From positions 88,148 to 152,147 of the IMG/VR virus record IMGVR_UViG_3300045771_000049: DNA of 64,000 nucleotides. One strand, 5' to 3'. The stretch is from a virus. Taxonomy: Duplodnaviria; Caudoviricetes. Within the stretch, counting starts at the first letter, position 1. Every line of letters starts with the position of its first letter. This document shows, in pieces, positions 16,879 through 25,655 of the stretch. Made by a program: the position numbers and the translations under genes. The notes under the pieces are model-generated. The model was not told the origin of the DNA and searched no databases. It worked only from the letters and a program-made list of their open reading frames with translations.

Positions 16879-17571
16879 TCAGTCCCTCTGGTTTGGGAGA
16901 TCGATGGCGATGTTATGGTCGGCGGCAAATTCGAAATAACCAACTCTTCGCAGCACTTCTGGTCGATGGTTCAGTTGCGCTTTTGACAGGACTCGTGTCC
17001 AGGTGTCCTCATGTGCGGAAGTGGAAAAATTCTCCGCCCGATATACATGCGCGTGACGCAACCAATAATGCACCACGCTGGGCAACGTCGCGCCCTGACG
17101 CAGAATAGCCGAAAAATCCATCGGCTCTGGTGCGACAAAGGCGCCGATCTCGATCCGTCGCAGTCGCCACCGCTGCTCGCGGCGATCGCAGATCAAGGAC
17201 AGATAGCGACTATCGGGCAATACTTTGGCCTTAACGACCCGCGATACGTAACGGCGATTGCGCTTTCGACTGAACAACGTGTCATCGTCGGGTTTGATCG
17301 GGCGTGTTTTGACCACCGTGGTTTGACCGATCACCCGGTCCATGTTCACCACCACGCCGAGATGGTCGCGAAGCTCGCGCGCTTCGGACAGATCGGCGCG
17401 CTGCCATGCTTCGCTGACCAGTCCTTGCAGCCCGTCGGGCACATTGGATGTCGCATCGAGAAGCAAATCAGGTTTACTGATGGCGGGAACTTTCCTGCTA
17501 TGATCAGACTCCAGCATTTGACAGACTCCGAATTTGCAATCGGACGCTAGCAGAATTTCTCCATTGTGCAA
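16879..17571 (-). CDS. hypothetical protein
   Basis: 230-aa ORF; start uncertain. Confidence 0.55.
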   Translation of the reverse strand: MHNGEILLASDCKFGVCQMLESDHSRKVPAISKPDLLLDATSNVPDGLQGLVSEAWQRADLSEARELRDHLGVVVNMDRVIGQTTVVKTRPIKPDDDTLFSRKRNRRYVSRVVKAKVLPDSRYLSLICDRREQRWRLRRIEIGAFVAPEPMDFSAILRQGATLPSVVHYWLRHAHVYRAENFSTSAHEDTWTRVLSKAQLNHRPEVLRRVGYFEFAADHNIAIDLPNQRD

Positions 17572-17756
17572 GATGAAATTTTACATCGTGTCGATAGCAG
17601 AGCTATAAGCCAGCCACAGACGGTGACGCCGTCCGTGGGCTAATCACGCAGAATTCCAGCAGAATCGCTCTACGCCCCGTCCAGGACCGCTGACGAGGCC
17701 ATAAAGATAAAAGCGCCCGCCTCGATCAAAACGTGCAAGCAACACGATGGGATCAG

Positions 17757-19118
17757 TCACTGCCGTGGCAGTCCCGGCGGGATTTGCACGGATGGAGCGT
17801 AGAAATTGCGGGTTGCATCAAACGGCGTCGAAGCGGTACGGTTGGAATTCACGAAGGCGATGATGCCGACGGTCGCGGCAACGACCACAGCGGCGATTGA
17901 GAGCAGCGTGGTGGTAGACGCTTGGCTATGACGATCCGCCCCTTGCATGCGGTCCATGCGCGAGGCGAGGTCGCTGATTTTATCAGTCGTGCTGTTGATC
18001 ATCGTCACAACCTCGGTGCGCTGGATCATATTACTGGACAGATCGTTTAGCGATTGGCGGAACTCGTTGACCGTATTATGCATGGCGAAGCCACCGGCAA
18101 TGTAGGTTTTGGTGGAGGTGGATAGCTGGGCGATAACTCCGTTGCCGACCAGATCAACAGATTTAACAAAGGTCTCGCGATGATTACCGTTGATCGGGCG
18201 ACCGTCCCAAACGCCATCAGATTTAACCAACAATCTCGGTGGCCGAATTGAACCTGATTCCCAGGATGTATCGATTGTCCATAGCTCAGCAGGCCGCATC
18301 ACCTGATCGTCGATCTGTAAATCACTGGTTTGAACCCAGCGCCACTCGGCTCTTGATGTGGAAAGTTTAGGCAACACCAACCAAGGATGATGCCCATTGC
18401 AACGCACGGAGCCATGGCAGGTAGCAACCTCGAACAGCTTATCTTCCGCTAAGCTGTTTGCGGTCACAAAGGATTTTCGCAACCGACGACCACGACGCGT
18501 CACACTTTCTTCATCGAAACCGATCAGAACGTCGCCAACAACAAGTTCACCGGCGGGTCGCCACACCAGATCGGCGCATAAAACAGGGGTGCTGGCTTCC
18601 ACACAATCGAAGCGTTTTTCGACGGCTTGTTCGGCTTTCCGCACCGCTTCGTTCGAAGCGGTCAGGGCGATGCTTAGTGAATCGGTGGCCGCCTTGGAAA
18701 TCTGCTCGTTGAATTCCTTGGCCAGTCTGAACCGATCATCCACCGACCGAAAGCCATTCGTCATCACCTCTCGAAGGACTTGATTGGCCAGCAGCGAAGA
18801 TTCATTTCCAGCCTTCGCCATTGTCTCGGTCGCGATTTTATTGTAATCAAAGCGCTCTCTGATAAACGCTGTGGTGAGGTCTTGACGTTCCTGGAGCCGC
18901 CGATCGATCTCATCGATGATGGCCCGTCTCGCCTCGTCGATTTGGCCCATCCGTCGTTCCAGCGTATCAACACGCTCATGGAACGAATGCAGATCATGCG
19001 CTTTTAATTCCTTGAGGGCTTCCAAACGTGTGTCGAGATAGACTCGCAAGGAATTCACCGTCCAGGTTGCGTCGATTGTAGCACTGGTATCGTTCAGCGC
19101 CGGATTGGGCTCGATCAT
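17757..19118 (-). CDS. coiled-coil protein with C-terminal transmembrane helix, interrupted by a mini-intein
   Basis: Heptad-rich exteins (AVEKRFD|TVNEFR), TM segment LLSIAAVVVAATVGIIAFV. Confidence 0.8.
   Translation of the reverse strand: MIEPNPALNDTSATIDATWTVNSLRVYLDTRLEALKELKAHDLHSFHERVDTLERRMGQIDEARRAIIDEIDRRLQERQDLTTAFIRERFDYNKIATETMAKAGNESSLLANQVLREVMTNGFRSVDDRFRLAKEFNEQISKAATDSLSIALTASNEAVRKAEQAVEKRFDCVEASTPVLCADLVWRPAGELVVGDVLIGFDEESVTRRGRRLRKSFVTANSLAEDKLFEVATCHGSVRCNGHHPWLVLPKLSTSRAEWRWVQTSDLQIDDQVMRPAELWTIDTSWESGSIRPPRLLVKSDGVWDGRPINGNHRETFVKSVDLVGNGVIAQLSTSTKTYIAGGFAMHNTVNEFRQSLNDLSSNMIQRTEVVTMINSTTDKISDLASRMDRMQGADRHSQASTTTLLSIAAVVVAATVGIIAFVNSNRTASTPFDATRNFYAPSVQIPPGLPRQ
18075..18605 (-). 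mobile_element. mini-intein (177 aa)
   Basis: Block A CVEASTPVL, block B CNGHHPW, C-terminus TYIAGGFAMHN followed by +1 Thr; no LAGLIDADG motifs. Confidence 0.88.
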
Positions 19119-19129
19119 TTCGATTCAGC

Positions 19130-20047
19130 CTAAACGTTATCGTCTGGCATGACGATCCCCCGGCGCTTGGTGCGGCTAACCGCGCTCTTGTGTAACGCCC
19201 GCGCGCCGGGCGTGCCGGAGGCCATGAGGGCGTTCCAGCCCTGGGTGGTGGGATTGACCGGGAAGACGCCGATATAGCCGCCCAGCAGCAACTCAAACGG
19301 TTTACGGATCAGATTACAATGATCAAACTGGGTCGAATTCGGTGTACGGAACCCCTCGAACCATGCAGGATAGACGAAATCAGACACCAGGATGCCGTTA
19401 ATCTCATAGCCGAACGAGTCGTCTTCGCAGGCATCAGCCACTTCGGTGGCGTAAAGTGTACCGGTGGTGTCAGTGAGTTGATTAAACACAGTATTATTAC
19501 AGTAGGGATCGACTAATAATTCCATGAGTTCGTGCGACACGGTAACCGTCCAAGACAAACCGTAATGAATATCGTCCTTGGCGAACACCCGGCCGAGTGG
19601 TGTGCCGGTGGCGGTGATATCGTGGTAACCGAGGGCGCCTGCTTGATCGCTGGTGTCCATGATCGCGATCACCCAGGCATCGGAGGCGGGGACGGCATTC
19701 GTCGGCACTGCAACAAGGCTGGCGGCGATTTTCCAGACCGGCGTAAAGTCGCGATCGAGTTGAATTTGCAGCACCGCGACCAGGGCCGCGATTTGTGCAT
19801 CGGTTACCATGGTGCTGTGATTGATAAACGCCACGGTCGGCCCAGTGATCCGGGTCTTGGTCGAAAGTGTGTTGACTGGGAGTGCGGCCACGATGGCAGC
19901 GGGTGCGGTCACCACTGGTGCACTGACAGTTGGTGACGTTATTACCTGGGCAAAAGGGTTCACTGGCGCGCCGGTCGGCAGGCCGGTAAGACAGTCCACG
20001 AATTTGTCGAACATCGATTTTAAGGATGACATGAAAGCCCCTGACAT
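19130..20047 (-). CDS. zincin-like metallopeptidase-family protein
   Basis: GALGYH, TVSHELMELLVDP and EVADAC motifs; TAAATA at 20063-20058. Confidence 0.6.
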   Translation of the reverse strand: MSGAFMSSLKSMFDKFVDCLTGLPTGAPVNPFAQVITSPTVSAPVVTAPAAIVAALPVNTLSTKTRITGPTVAFINHSTMVTDAQIAALVAVLQIQLDRDFTPVWKIAASLVAVPTNAVPASDAWVIAIMDTSDQAGALGYHDITATGTPLGRVFAKDDIHYGLSWTVTVSHELMELLVDPYCNNTVFNQLTDTTGTLYATEVADACEDDSFGYEINGILVSDFVYPAWFEGFRTPNSTQFDHCNLIRKPFELLLGGYIGVFPVNPTTQGWNALMASGTPGARALHKSAVSRTKRRGIVMPDDNV

Positions 20048-20110
20048 TGGTGTCCGGTATTTAGGCCGACCAAAATCACCGGGCTGAGTTCATCGCCGCC
20101 TCTAAATACT

Positions 20111-20416
20111 TTGATGAGCAGCCATTTTCTCTATGTTATCGCACCCAAGGCCGGGATTGCGCCGTGCAAGATCGGCATCAGCAAGGACCCGGATCGCCGC
20201 GTCAAGCAACTCCAGACCGGATTTCCTGAGCGGCTGATGGTGCATTACCGCGAGCCGGTCCCGCCAGACCGCGCCCGTTTTTATGAGCGCCAGCTTCTGC
20301 GTGAGATGAATCACCTGCGAACCCATGGGGAATGGCTGGACCTTTCGGTGGAGACCGCGATCCAGATCATGCAATGGGTGCTGATCCATTATGCCGATGC
20401 TCCGGTTCCAGTGTGA
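20111..20416 (+). CDS. GIY-YIG (T5orf172/MUG113-like) protein
   Basis: LYVI..KIGISKDPDRRVKQLQTG.P...E...GEW. Confidence 0.85.
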   Translation: MMSSHFLYVIAPKAGIAPCKIGISKDPDRRVKQLQTGFPERLMVHYREPVPPDRARFYERQLLREMNHLRTHGEWLDLSVETAIQIMQWVLIHYADAPVPV

Positions 20417-20451
20417 TGGACCGAAAGGTAATGATGGTTTAGACTTGCTGG

Positions 20452-20739
20452 TTGAGGAGGCCAACCAGTATGTTCTGGACGCTAACCTGGAGTTGCTTTA
20501 TGCCTCTTGTATTAGGTGCTGCCGTGCGAATCTACGCGGATGACGATAGTTTCGATGAAGGGGCGGTATGCCAAATTTCTGACTGTTACATCGACGTCGA
20601 ATTTTATGATTGGCAGCAACGCTGGCCGACCGGCGCGTTGCGGCAGCTTCTCACATGGCCCGATCAGCGCCAAGTGTTGTGCCCATCTACCGATGGCGAG
20701 GTGATCCGGACTTTTTTGAGTCATCGGCGGATCGGATAG
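20452..20739 (+). CDS. hypothetical protein
   Basis: ORF in gap; start uncertain. Confidence 0.4.
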   Translation: MRRPTSMFWTLTWSCFMPLVLGAAVRIYADDDSFDEGAVCQISDCYIDVEFYDWQQRWPTGALRQLLTWPDQRQVLCPSTDGEVIRTFLSHRRIG

Positions 20740-20750
20740 AGTGCTTTACG

Positions 20751-20805
20751 ATAAGTGCGGCAGAAAGCCCCGAGGTCTTTAGCCTCGGGGATGAATGCCG
20801 CTTAT
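20751..20805. mobile_element. IS200/IS605-like end hairpin remnant
   Basis: GAAAGCCCCGAGG-TCTTTAG-CCTCGGGG-ATGAATG, flanked by a GCGGCA/TGCCGC outer stem; no tnpA/tnpB adjacent. Confidence 0.55.
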
Positions 20806-20928
20806 TGAAACATATTGCACTCAAATAATAACTCGTGCTAATCTTGGAATTCGCGGCACGGGAGGATTATGAACACACAGTGATCGCGATTGGTGCCATT
20901 CGAAATCGAACGCCGCGTTAAGCGGCAA

Positions 20929-21249
20929 TCAACTCCACGATAAGCGAAACAGGCATGCGTCAGAATTATCGAAAAATTCGATCATCAGCCCGGCGAATAC
21001 GAAGTCACGGGTTTGGATCGCTTCGAGGCTGTAGCGTCCGAACACCTGATAGCCGAATTGGTTGTTGCCGTCTTCGTGCAACCAATTGCGGATCGCCAAA
21101 ATTGGCAGCGTGGAATGTAACGGCAGAAATACGTCCAGTGGTGATTCATGCCGGATGAAGCCATGAACATTGAAATCCAAGGCGGCGCGCGGCTCAACGA
21201 GGCCGCGATGCGCCAGCCGCCAGTTGATCGGTACATCATGCGTCAACAT
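20929..21249 (-). CDS. hypothetical protein (C-terminal FxxxxDAxLFRLxW family)
   Basis: Ends FFDNSDACLFRLSWS; similar end in 60479-60898. Confidence 0.6.
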   Translation of the reverse strand: MLTHDVPINWRLAHRGLVEPRAALDFNVHGFIRHESPLDVFLPLHSTLPILAIRNWLHEDGNNQFGYQVFGRYSLEAIQTRDFVFAGLMIEFFDNSDACLFRLSWS

Positions 21250-21264
21250 GACCGGGCGCTTTTG

Positions 21265-21996
21265 TTAGAAGGCGAGCAACAACGCTCGGGTATCGTGGTC
21301 TGAGTGCACCAGCAGATTATCCCCGAGCATAGCGGCGTGCCAGTTTTCACCAAGAATGCGAGCGATGCGATTGGTTTTTGCAATGCTGCGGAGGGTCATT
21401 TGCAGCGGTCCGCCATGTTCAGCCAGCAGTTTGCGCCCACGGCCAAAGCCGAGAATTTGTAAAACAAGTTTCTCTCCATTGCCTTCGATCAGCAGGATAT
21501 CGCCATCAACCTCGGCACGCCGTAAGCCGGTGGTGCCCAGAAATTCCATAATATCCCGCTGCTGTCCGGTCTGTTTTAACTGTTTCAGCATCTTGGTCAA
21601 GCGATCTTCTGAAAACGGCACCAGACTTTTGAACTTACGAACCCGCATGGCCCATTCATCGATACTTGCCAATGCAATCATTTCATGCAGCATCGCAGCA
21701 ACATTCTCGGCGAGGCGATCATTGTTCATAAATTCGACGAAGACCATGAAATACCCGTGCTGATCGGGCGCGGGTGACACCTCAGTGCCGAGCAACGGCA
21801 GGGCGGATTTCTGCACGAAACGATTGAGATCATTCGCGGCATTTTCATCCTGCACGTAAAACCCGATGACAATGGCCTGCGATTTGTCGATCCGGGATTC
21901 ATATTCGTCCACCGAAATCATTGGCAGTACCAAATCAGCCAGATCACCCTCGCGTAGCCCCTCTCTGAGAGGGGCTTTTGTCTTCGTCATCGTCAT
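21265..21996 (-). CDS. conserved jumbo-phage hypothetical protein
   Basis: EGLREGDL..ISVDEYESRI..YFMVFVE; GGAG upstream of ATG 21996 and TAAATA at 22019-22014. Confidence 0.7.
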   Translation of the reverse strand: MTMTKTKAPLREGLREGDLADLVLPMISVDEYESRIDKSQAIVIGFYVQDENAANDLNRFVQKSALPLLGTEVSPAPDQHGYFMVFVEFMNNDRLAENVAAMLHEMIALASIDEWAMRVRKFKSLVPFSEDRLTKMLKQLKQTGQQRDIMEFLGTTGLRRAEVDGDILLIEGNGEKLVLQILGFGRGRKLLAEHGGPLQMTLRSIAKTNRIARILGENWHAAMLGDNLLVHSDHDTRALLLAF

Positions 21997-22036
21997 CGCG
22001 TTCTCCTGAGGGTTATTTAGGAACGGACATGACAAT

Positions 22037-22579
22037 TTAGCGGGGTGGGGGCTTGGCGTTGGGGTCCTCTGGGGGCGCCCCCGGTGCCGCTGGTGGCATA
22101 TCCTCGGGCGACGGTTCATCCGGGTTTTGTTCATCGCTCTTATACTGCGATTCGTTGTCCAGACCAGAGTCCTTAGCAGTGGTCACATCATCTGGGTTGA
22201 CCTCGTCGGCGTAGATTTTCAGATCGTTCTCCTGATCCTGATCCAGCAGGCGACGCGGTATCGAGATGGTGATGAGCCAATCAGATTGTTTTGCAGTTTC
22301 GCCGCCCTTCCCGTCTTGCCGTTTCTCGCGATTATACTCGACCTCGACCCCGTGCTTTAACAGGCGAAGAGCGGCACGCGGATCGGGCATTTTGTTATAC
22401 GGATACCGCAGCGAAAAGGTGGTCCAGTAACGCCGCACCACCGGCCCATCGACCACCTCGCCGGTGAGCCAGTTGGCGAACGAATACACATCCAACCCGT
22501 CGAGAACGTTTTCCATGGAAATGAGTATGTCGAGCAAATGATCCGAATCGGCAATTAGTTCAAGGTCAATCATAATCAT
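22037..22579 (-). CDS. conserved jumbo-phage hypothetical protein
   Basis: LDVYSFANW..GEVVDGP...RYW...MPDP..ALRL; acidic/Pro tail. Confidence 0.7.
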   Translation of the reverse strand: MIMIDLELIADSDHLLDILISMENVLDGLDVYSFANWLTGEVVDGPVVRRYWTTFSLRYPYNKMPDPRAALRLLKHGVEVEYNREKRQDGKGGETAKQSDWLITISIPRRLLDQDQENDLKIYADEVNPDDVTTAKDSGLDNESQYKSDEQNPDEPSPEDMPPAAPGAPPEDPNAKPPPR

Positions 22580-22596
22580 ATTTAGTCATTTGCGTG

Positions 22597-23133
22597 TCAG
22601 GCTGCTGGAAGTAACGGCATCAGGCTCGCGGTTGGCACAAAAAACGCCGGAGGGCGTCCGCCATAACTCTCTAGCCAGCCGGGCATTTTCGCATCGCGCC
22701 CCTCAATATAACCATGGACCACGAGAACAGGTGGATCGAGATCGAAATTCGCGGTGACATGGACAAAAAACTCATTGTCTTTGTCATTGGGGCGCACCAA
22801 GAGGTCATATGCGACCTTGGATCGGGTGCGGACCTGGACGCAATCCAAGATGTCGGGCGCTTTAAATGTGTTTACCGATCCGCTCCAGGGTACCCCTAGG
22901 ATATGGGCGACCGCCGCTTCGCCCAGTGCGCCGAGAAAATGAATCCGAAACCCATTGCCACGGAACCCATGTTTATCCGGCCGGTGGGCCAGCACAGCCT
23001 CGTCCTGTCGCCGATGGGCGATGTGACGGACCAGTTCCAATTCCGCATGTTCGATCACCCCTCGAACCGCGCCATCGGGTGTTGTGAAATCAATCGCCGT
23101 GGCGTGATCGAGCGGGCTTAAATTGTCTGTCAT
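22597..23133 (-). CDS. PD-(D/E)XK-like nuclease domain protein
   Basis: GALGEAAVA...PD...VQVRT pattern. Confidence 0.55.
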   Translation of the reverse strand: MTDNLSPLDHATAIDFTTPDGAVRGVIEHAELELVRHIAHRRQDEAVLAHRPDKHGFRGNGFRIHFLGALGEAAVAHILGVPWSGSVNTFKAPDILDCVQVRTRSKVAYDLLVRPNDKDNEFFVHVTANFDLDPPVLVVHGYIEGRDAKMPGWLESYGGRPPAFFVPTASLMPLLPAA

Positions 23134-23195
23134 TGGACACCTAACATTGAATACACCGACGATTTAGCCGACCAAACGGGAGGCTAAATCGTTTA

Positions 23196-23684
23196 ATGGA
23201 CAACCTTGAAAATGAGCTTATCCCGCCGCAAGAGCGATCCTTGGCGCGGGACCATGTAATGCTGAATATCGCCCATGAGATCGCCCGATTGGGCACTTGT
23301 AAGCGGCGACAAGTTGGTGCGGTTGCGGTCGATCGCTATCACCGGGTCATGGCGATCGCCCATAACGGGCTGCCGAAGGATTACCCGCACTGTGCCGACT
23401 TCGCTTGTGGAGGCGCCTTCTACCCGAGCGGCACCCATCTAGAAGCTTGCGAAGCGATCCACGCAGAAGCCAATCTGCTGACGTTTGTGGCCGATATCAT
23501 GCGAATTGACACGGTCTACCTGACCCATTCCCCGTGCCGTACCTGTATCAAGTCGCTGGCCAACACCAGTTGTCGGCGGCTAGTGTTTGCGGCCGAGTAT
23601 CCGCATCCCGAGGCGCAGGAATATTGGTTGCGGATACCCGGCCGCTCGTGGGAACTGTTTAGCCGTCAATCACCTCAAAGATAA
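23196..23684 (+). CDS. dCMP deaminase
   Basis: CKRRQVGAV, HNG, IHAEAN and SPCRTC motifs. Confidence 0.92.
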   Translation: MDNLENELIPPQERSLARDHVMLNIAHEIARLGTCKRRQVGAVAVDRYHRVMAIAHNGLPKDYPHCADFACGGAFYPSGTHLEACEAIHAEANLLTFVADIMRIDTVYLTHSPCRTCIKSLANTSCRRLVFAAEYPHPEAQEYWLRIPGRSWELFSRQSPQR

Positions 23685-24450
23685 TCGCCTCGGCAGCCTC
23701 GTCGGACAGGGGTTCGACGTGCGGGGGACGCTCGCCAGGACGGGGCTGGTCCTGCAACACCCGCGCCACGTCGGCCACGGTCACCACACGGCCGGACAGC
23801 CATGGTCCCGATAAGACCGCCTTCTGCGGGAATAAGCGATGCTGGATGGCTCTGATATCGTCGGTCAGAGCCATCGCGCGCGGGATGATCTGGTGCAGGT
23901 CCCATTCACTGAGCACCGGCAGATTGGCCTTGATCTGTTCGATCGCCCGTTTGGTTTGTAGATAACGCTTATGCGACAGAGCGGCCTGCTCGTACGCGAT
24001 CAGGTGCAGATATTCCGTGGCATCGTCAGGTTTGGAGGACAAGTGCGACAAGTGCTCCAGCCCGATCCATCGACGATCCATCGCCACCAGCTTGAAATAG
24101 GGCTGGTCAGGCCGAAAGCCAGCACTGTTGATCGCATCCATAAAGCGGCCACCAAAAGTGGTGGGTGCAATATCCCCCACATGAACGTTGCGATTACGCG
24201 TCATGACGATCGTATCGCCGCGTCCTTCATAGCTGGTTGACTTTAGATAAATCATATTGTTTTCAATCTTCACGCGAAGATTTTTGCCATCGCGCTGAAA
24301 GAAATTGCGCATTGCTGAATCACTGATATTGAGGCGCGCGATCGGATCGCTGGATTTCATTGCAAGGTACCTCCGACCATGATTTATACCAGGACGAAGG
24401 CGGCTGTCAACGTTCAGCAGGCACTCCACGACAGCCGTTCCACGGGACAA
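23659..24450 (-). CDS. hypothetical protein
   Basis: Long ORF; probable start at MKSSDP. Confidence 0.6.
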   Translation of the reverse strand: MSRGTAVVECLLNVDSRLRPGINHGRRYLAMKSSDPIARLNISDSAMRNFFQRDGKNLRVKIENNMIYLKSTSYEGRGDTIVMTRNRNVHVGDIAPTTFGGRFMDAINSAGFRPDQPYFKLVAMDRRWIGLEHLSHLSSKPDDATEYLHLIAYEQAALSHKRYLQTKRAIEQIKANLPVLSEWDLHQIIPRAMALTDDIRAIQHRLFPQKAVLSGPWLSGRVVTVADVARVLQDQPRPGERPPHVEPLSDEAAEAIIFEVIDG

Positions 24451-24502
24451 AACATCACAAATCAGATAGTCGTAGACGCGCTTGGAAGAGGGGCGTTCAC
24501 AG

Positions 24503-25108
24503 CTATGACATTACCACGCGTATTGTGTAAACCAGTTGGATGCGACGGTTGAGGGATTTTTGTACCGGATGAAAAATGACATGGCTGAGCAGGAAGCCCG
24601 TGCTGAGCGAGCTATTCGGATCGAGTGTACTGAGGCCGAGTTCATCAAAAATATAGGTGCCGTTTGCGAGACTGGCGTCATCGAAGGCGGCTTGTCCACT
24701 CGGTTCATTGTAGTCGAGCAGACAGGACACCACGACATCTGAATAAGTCAGATTTGCGGTGTGATTGACCTGGATGTTGTCATCGTTCGGGTCGGTTACG
24801 GCCGGTGAATTGTCGTCGATGTATTTCTGATAGGTCTGGTTGTATAATGTGGCAGTGAGACCAGTGACATTGGGTGGCAGATAGGCAATGGCGCCGATAC
24901 TGCTGGTTGAGGAGGCGCCATTGCCGAACACGATCTGCACAAGATGGCCGGTTGGCGTGGTACGATCCCCCAGCGCCAAGGCCAAAGCATAGCTCATCGC
25001 CTCGGGATTGATCGCATTGGCTTTGTCCACAAGCACTTCGCCGGTGTCCGGATCGGAAATCATCACGTGACCGGTGAGGTGTAAGCTGATGGTATCAGGT
25101 GCTTGCAT
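24503..25108 (-). CDS. virion structural (baseplate/tail) protein
   Basis: GHVMISDPDTGEVLVDKANAI..FGNG..LDYNEP..FDELGL..HVIFHPVQKSLNRRIQLVYTIR. Confidence 0.65.
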   Translation of the reverse strand: MQAPDTISLHLTGHVMISDPDTGEVLVDKANAINPEAMSYALALALGDRTTPTGHLVQIVFGNGASSTSSIGAIAYLPPNVTGLTATLYNQTYQKYIDDNSPAVTDPNDDNIQVNHTANLTYSDVVVSCLLDYNEPSGQAAFDDASLANGTYIFDELGLSTLDPNSSLSTGFLLSHVIFHPVQKSLNRRIQLVYTIRVVMS

Positions 25109-25238
25109 CGCGATCCTCCTGCGGCATTGGCGGCGGAAGGTTGTCCCGCCGCCGCAGCAGAATCTCGTTCGTATCGGGATCGCGAATGCAGATGTGGCCG
25201 ATCATAATAATCGTGCCGGTATCCAAGGTCGGTTCCAA
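25095..25238 (-). CDS. small protein paralogous to the N-terminus of 24503-25108
   Basis: 47 aa (not in ORF track) containing IGHICIRDPDTNEILLRRR; TAAATA at 25271-25266. Confidence 0.6.
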   Translation of the reverse strand: MEPTLDTGTIIMIGHICIRDPDTNEILLRRRDNLPPPMPQEDRDAST

Positions 25239-25303
25239 AGCAGTGCCCTTAAACTGAATCGATATTATTTATGGCACCGCGTAAACGCCGTCCTTTAGCC
25301 GTG

Positions 25304-25627
25304 TTACCGATGGCCCGGCAGCACCAGACTGCTGGTCATTTGGACATAGTTGGTGGTGACGTTGGCGCCGGTTTTGACCGGGCGAATGCTGAGGCTGCCG
25401 AGGGCAAAGGTTAGCGCGGCTTCCGGTTCGATCGATCCCATGACGGGGAAAAACGACAACCCGACTTGGCCGTTTTCGACCGGCTGGATCAAGACGGCAA
25501 TTGGTTTGGCGAGGGTCACGGTTTCGCCGCTTAGGGCGTGCATTCGTCCGACCACTTCCTCGCCGCTCGCCAGCTTGATGGTGACGACATCGCCGACACT
25601 CGGCGCGGTATTTTTCTCAATCAGCAT
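25304..25627 (-). CDS. Sm/LSm-like fold protein
   Basis: GDVVTIKLASGEEVVGR...LAKP; AAGGA upstream of ATG 25627. Confidence 0.6.
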   Translation of the reverse strand: MLIEKNTAPSVGDVVTIKLASGEEVVGRMHALSGETVTLAKPIAVLIQPVENGQVGLSFFPVMGSIEPEAALTFALGSLSIRPVKTGANVTTNYVQMTSSLVLPGHR

Positions 25628-25655
25628 GTTCAAATCCTTCTTAGTTGTTTTGTGC

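Noticed and set aside
17689-17735. CTGACGAG in an intergenic region, resembling a hammerhead ribozyme core
   Set aside because: No stem II closed by GAAA and no matching stem III/cleavage triplet downstream
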